Source: Chloroflexota bacterium (GTDB lineage Bacteria > Chloroflexota > Dehalococcoidia > Lucifugimonadales > UBA3495). Taken from it: a stretch of DNA of 32,152 bases. Shown here one piece after another: positions 29,301-32,152 of this stretch. Both the position numbers and the translations under genes were made by a program. Position 1 is the first letter of the stretch. Each line of letters begins with the position of its first letter. The stretch lies in contig JADFPM010000003.1 in the NCBI GenBank assembly GCA_022562335.1, positions 1-32,152 on the forward strand, given 5' to 3'. The notes below the pieces were generated by a model. The model saw only the letters and a program-made list of their open reading frames with translations. It did no database searches and was not told where the DNA came from.

Positions 29301-29945
29301 CTGTGTGCGCGAGCGATGTTGGAGTGCGAAACTGGGGACTTCGTTCAGGGCGAAGCGTTTCTTGATCGGCTAGTCGAGGTCATGCGGCTGACTCCGCCGG
29401 GACCGACTATGGAAAACGGTATGACCGCCATGGCCGTAGCGACCGCCGCCCGCATCTGCGGCAAGCCGGACCGATTGGACTTGGCGCAGGTCGCTGCCCA
29501 GCCGGTAATATCGTTCGCTGATGCGGTCCCCTTTGTCGAAGCGATGGCCAGATTGGGCATGGGCCTACAGTCGGTAGAGCGGGGCGATAAATCGGCAGCG
29601 AAGGAACAATACCTCGCCCTAGAGCGATGGCAAGGTGTTATGTGGTTGTTCGCAAATCTGGCTGTCGACCGGGTCTTGGGCCTCCTTTCGCACACTATGG
29701 GCAACCTGGACCAGGCGGAGGCCCATTTCGATGACGCTCTGGCTTTTTGCCGCAAGGCTGGCTTCAGACCCGAGTTGGCTTGGAGTTGCTGCGACTACGC
29801 CGACATGCTTCTGGAGCGGAACAATGATGGGGATCAAGCTAAGGCGATGTCCCTGATGGACGATTCGCTGTCCATCTCCCGCGAGCTGGGCATGCGGCCA
29901 TTGATGGAGCGGGTCTTATCGCGGCGGGAGATCTTGAAAGCCTAA
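26346..29945 (+). CDS. class III adenylate/guanylate cyclase - STAND (AAA_16) ATPase - TPR-like protein
   Basis: Cyclase motifs FCDLQGST, KYLGDG and GETPNIAARLQ; LVGREQE, Walker A GEPGIGKS, Walker B LEDLHWAD, Y.FKHALIQD; long helical-repeat C-terminus. Confidence 0.92.
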   Translation: MTSQRVQRQIDRLLDEAEAAFAQRDWLAVRERAQDALTLEPENQDALTFLTAAERALEANTRSGPPIPQTETTPAEQTPQVVNTHEAERRQLTVMFCDLQGSTALSQQLDPEDLREVIRGYQEVCAGAVSRFEGHIAKYLGDGLLIYFGYPQAHEDDPQRAVRGGLAILEDMEALNTRLKADKDIELAVRIGVHTGLVVAGEMGGGDTIETLAIVGETPNIAARLQEAASPNSVVVSDVTANLVQGFFVHKALGFHELKGISEPMELFAVLSESGAQTRFEVAAASQLTPLVGREQELGLLLDRWEQAQEGLGQVVLLGGEPGIGKSRLIDALTERIANEPHALRGLRCSAYHQNSALHPVLEYLEAWLGFGRDDSAEERLTMLESALAHVDFPLAEAVPLLSGLLSVPLAERYPALAMDPEVQRDRTRQLLVALLLDSAGDQPVFLVLEDLHWADPSTLAVLDLLLEQVPTARVLALFSFRSEFTPPWPSRGHVTQIMLNRLTRRLAGEMVGRLTGGKTLPEEVLSQVAAKSDGVPIFVEELTRMLLESGLLKEAGDHYELTGPLTTLAIPSTLQDSLTARLDRLTSAREVAQLGAVLGREFTYDLIRSVSPMDEELLGSHLQRLVDAEFLYQRGLPPDANYTFKHALIQDAAYQSLLHSRRQQYHQRTAQVLEEGSAGIVEMQPELLAHHFAQAGLTERAVIYWLRAGERAMVTYAYEEALGHFERGLIARDIALSGTEAAPDEEAAALLFGLGRAQAPTLPRYRTHEAVTSLARALDYYAEAGESDRAVAIAEYPFYPMIGHRIGNDQLIARALTLVDPDSPRAGRLLSRYGRLLGLEEGDYAGAQEAFEKALAISRRESDPVLEMRVLADAANVDLIHLRFQESLDKSMRTIELAGRADDPYPQVLARYTAVLDNLHLGQLEEARLQASAVLAPAEGLRDRFWHSMALRANQDAAQMAGQFGAARELSDRALAASPTESRALCARAMLECETGDFVQGEAFLDRLVEVMRLTPPGPTMENGMTAMAVATAARICGKPDRLDLAQVAAQPVISFADAVPFVEAMARLGMGLQSVERGDKSAAKEQYLALERWQGVMWLFANLAVDRVLGLLSHTMGNLDQAEAHFDDALAFCRKAGFRPELAWSCCDYADMLLERNNDGDQAKAMSLMDDSLSISRELGMRPLMERVLSRREILKA

Positions 29946-30066
29946 GATCCCTGAGGCAGGCTGCTTCGTCAAATGCATATTGCACTGATCGCCGCTTCCC
30001 AGCGTTGATGACCATCTCTGCAAGTCCGACCGCCGAGGGCTGACAACTGAAACGTGAGGAGATGAC

Positions 30067-30693
30067 ATGGAAGAGATCGGGCTTTTCGAGGCCATCCACA
30101 GCCAACGGCAGTTCACCCGCTACAAGCCGGACCCGGTGCCCAGGGAGGCCATCGACAAGATAATCGACGCCGCCACCAGGGCCCCCAGCGGCGGCAACAA
30201 GCAGCCCTGGCACTTCATCGCCATCACCGACCGGGACCTGATCGAGAAGATCGGCGGGCTCTACCGCGACCTGTGGCTGGGTTCCCAAGGGGCCACCGCG
30301 CCGCCGGATGAGCCCCCCGCCTACCGGTCGGCCCGCTACCTGGCCAACCACATGCCCGAGGTCCCGGCCATGATCCTGGTCTGCGCCGACCACACCATGG
30401 GCTCCCAGCCCTACACCAAGGGCGAACCCATCGAGCGGGGCCGCTACGCCTCCTCGCTGTGGCTGGCGATACAGAACCTGTTCCTGGCCGCCCGGGCGCT
30501 GGGCCTGGGCACCCGGATCACCACCACCCACCTGCGCGAGGAACAGAAGGTGAAGGATTGGCTGGGCATCCCCGATCACATCGAGACGGTCTGCCTGACT
30601 CCCCTGGGCTATCCGCGCGGCAACTTCGGCCCCACCGAGCGCATCCCTTCGGCCGATGTCACCTCCTACAACCGCTTCGGGCAGAAGGGCTAA
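30067..30693 (+). CDS. nitroreductase family protein
   Basis: AI.S.RQ.TRY.PDPV, RAPSGGNKQPWHF, QNLFLAARALGLG and LGYP; AGGAG SD. Confidence 0.92.
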   Translation: MEEIGLFEAIHSQRQFTRYKPDPVPREAIDKIIDAATRAPSGGNKQPWHFIAITDRDLIEKIGGLYRDLWLGSQGATAPPDEPPAYRSARYLANHMPEVPAMILVCADHTMGSQPYTKGEPIERGRYASSLWLAIQNLFLAARALGLGTRITTTHLREEQKVKDWLGIPDHIETVCLTPLGYPRGNFGPTERIPSADVTSYNRFGQKG

Positions 30694-30762
30694 CAGCGGT
30701 CAGCTTTACTTGACGGTGGCAGGGTATTCTGGTAGCTGAGACTTGGTGGTGGAGATGGGCGG

Positions 30763-30799
30763 AAATCCCCCTTTGGTAAAAGGGGACCGAGGGGGATTT
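30763..30799. repeat. REP-like palindrome of a second family / terminator-like hairpin
   Basis: AAATCCCCC-TTTGGTAAAAGGGG-accga-GGGGGATTT with two alternative pairings, between convergent genes. Confidence 0.55.
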
Positions 30800-30809
30800 T
30801 CGATGACCG

Positions 30810-31580
30810 CTAAACCCCCCACGTCTCCCCGAACTCGGCGCGCAGCACCAGCCGTCCGGTGAATGTGGAGGCGTCCTGCTGGGCCAGGTAGACCGCGCTG
30901 GGTCCGACGGCCTCGGGATCGACCCTTTGGTCCCAGTCCCGTTGGGTCCAGGGGATGGCTGCCGAGCCCTCGGTCCTGAGTCCGCCGGGCGAGAGTATGT
31001 TCACCGCGATGTTGTGCTCGCGCACCTCGTCGGCCAGGCAGAAACTGAACATGTGCACCGCCGCCTTGGTGGCGCTGTAGAGCACTCCGCCGCCCTGCTC
31101 GTGGTCGCTCCCCATGCGTGAGCCGATGTTGATGATGCTGCCCCGACCCTGTTGGATCATCGTTGGGAGAACCGCCCGGCAGCACAGGTACGGCCCCCGG
31201 AGATTGGCGGCAACGCTCTGGTCCCACGTCTCCGGAACGATGTCCAAGATGGTCGCGCCCAGCACCATCACCCCGGCGTTGTTGAACAGCACGTCGATGC
31301 GCCCGTAGGCTTCGATCGTCCGGCCCACCATGGCCATGACCTGTTCTTCATCGGTAACGTCGCAGGCCAATGCCAGGGCCTCCCCGCCCTGGGAGCGTAT
31401 CTGCTCGGCGGTCTCCCCCGCGGTTCCGGGCAACCCCGTTGGCGAGTCGCGGCGGGCGGAGACCACCACCTTGGCGCCTTGGGCGGCGAACGCCTTGGCG
31501 ATGGCCCGGCCCAATCCCCGGCTGGCCCCGGTGACGATGGCGACCATGCCTTCCATCTTCTTGTCCTGGGATTCCGCCAT
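30810..31580 (-). CDS. short-chain dehydrogenase/reductase (SDR)
   Basis: TGASRGLG, NNAG, catalytic Ser and YSATK. Confidence 0.94.
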   Translation of the reverse strand: MAESQDKKMEGMVAIVTGASRGLGRAIAKAFAAQGAKVVVSARRDSPTGLPGTAGETAEQIRSQGGEALALACDVTDEEQVMAMVGRTIEAYGRIDVLFNNAGVMVLGATILDIVPETWDQSVAANLRGPYLCCRAVLPTMIQQGRGSIINIGSRMGSDHEQGGGVLYSATKAAVHMFSFCLADEVREHNIAVNILSPGGLRTEGSAAIPWTQRDWDQRVDPEAVGPSAVYLAQQDASTFTGRLVLRAEFGETWGV

Positions 31581-31589
31581 GGGCCCGTC

Positions 31590-32057
31590 CTAGGAGGCGA
31601 ACTGGGCTTCAACCCAGCCCTTATCAAATGGGGTCCAGAAGTTGGAGCTTAGGGTCAGGTGCTGGAACATCCACCTGCCGTTCACCCGCACGTACTCCTC
31701 GTCGTAGCGGGCCGAGCCCCAGACCGCCTGGTTGCCGTCGGCGTAGGTGCAGGGCTGGAACAGGTACCAGACCCCGGTGGCCCGGTCGCCGTCAATCTCG
31801 ATGATGGGATTCATGACCATGTGGATGGCGAAGGGCAGACGGCTGGGCGCGTCCTGGAAGAATCTCCGGATGGCTTCCCGGCCGTCGTTCCGGCCCCTTT
31901 CCTTGCCGTCCCACACGGCGTCCTCGGTGAATAGCTCGGCCAGGGCGTCGGCGTCGTAGTGGTCGTCGCAGAGGGCGCAGTAGCGATGCTTCAGCTTCTT
32001 GATCTCCTCGATGTCCTCCAGGACTTTTACCCGCTTCTCCAGGTCTTCCAGGCTCAT
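31590..32057 (-). CDS. SnoaL-like / NTF2-family protein (SnoaL_4, LinA/BaiE-like)
   Basis: LEDIEEIKKLK.RY...CD, LFTEDA.W, H...NP.I and Y.EEY.R..GRW; the ATG at 32057 has a GGAGG SD. Confidence 0.88.
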   Translation of the reverse strand: MSLEDLEKRVKVLEDIEEIKKLKHRYCALCDDHYDADALAELFTEDAVWDGKERGRNDGREAIRRFFQDAPSRLPFAIHMVMNPIIEIDGDRATGVWYLFQPCTYADGNQAVWGSARYDEEYVRVNGRWMFQHLTLSSNFWTPFDKGWVEAQFAS

Positions 32058-32152
32058 GGGGCGCCTCCATCGACTGGCGCGGCGCCAAACGTGGGTATCA
32101 CGCGACGCCTTACTTGGAATCCGGTCCGGTATGACAGACCGCATTCTATAGC

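Overview
GC-rich bacterial chromosomal segment made mostly of core genes. Gene content and protein styles suggest Chloroflexota/Dehalococcoidia, possibly SAR202-like (an inference, not a database result). In order: 5'-truncated c-type cytochrome; RidA-Lrp/AsnC pair; divergent EF-G paralog (EF-G2 type); B12-dependent acyl-CoA mutase large subunit with isobutyryl-CoA-mutase-type residues; candidate 6S RNA; ribF-tyrS; rsmD-coaD-SepIVA-like gene; LonC-type protease; DUF151 nuclease; complete F-type ATP synthase operon (atpZ/I-B-E-F-H-A-G-D-C); rex; DUF503; a stand-alone 63-aa protein; FadF-like Fe-S oxidoreductase with a Zn-ribbon protein and an alpha/beta hydrolase; a large class III cyclase-STAND ATPase-TPR protein; nitroreductase; SDR; and a SnoaL/NTF2-like protein. 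I saw no tRNA, rRNA, CRISPR array, transposase or phage gene, and I cannot claim a clearly novel multi-gene system. The best leads are non-coding or fine-scale: the 6S-like RNA, a probable ATC start codon, a nested REP-like repeat family, recurrent microduplications at gene boundaries, structured leaders and operator-like palindromes.
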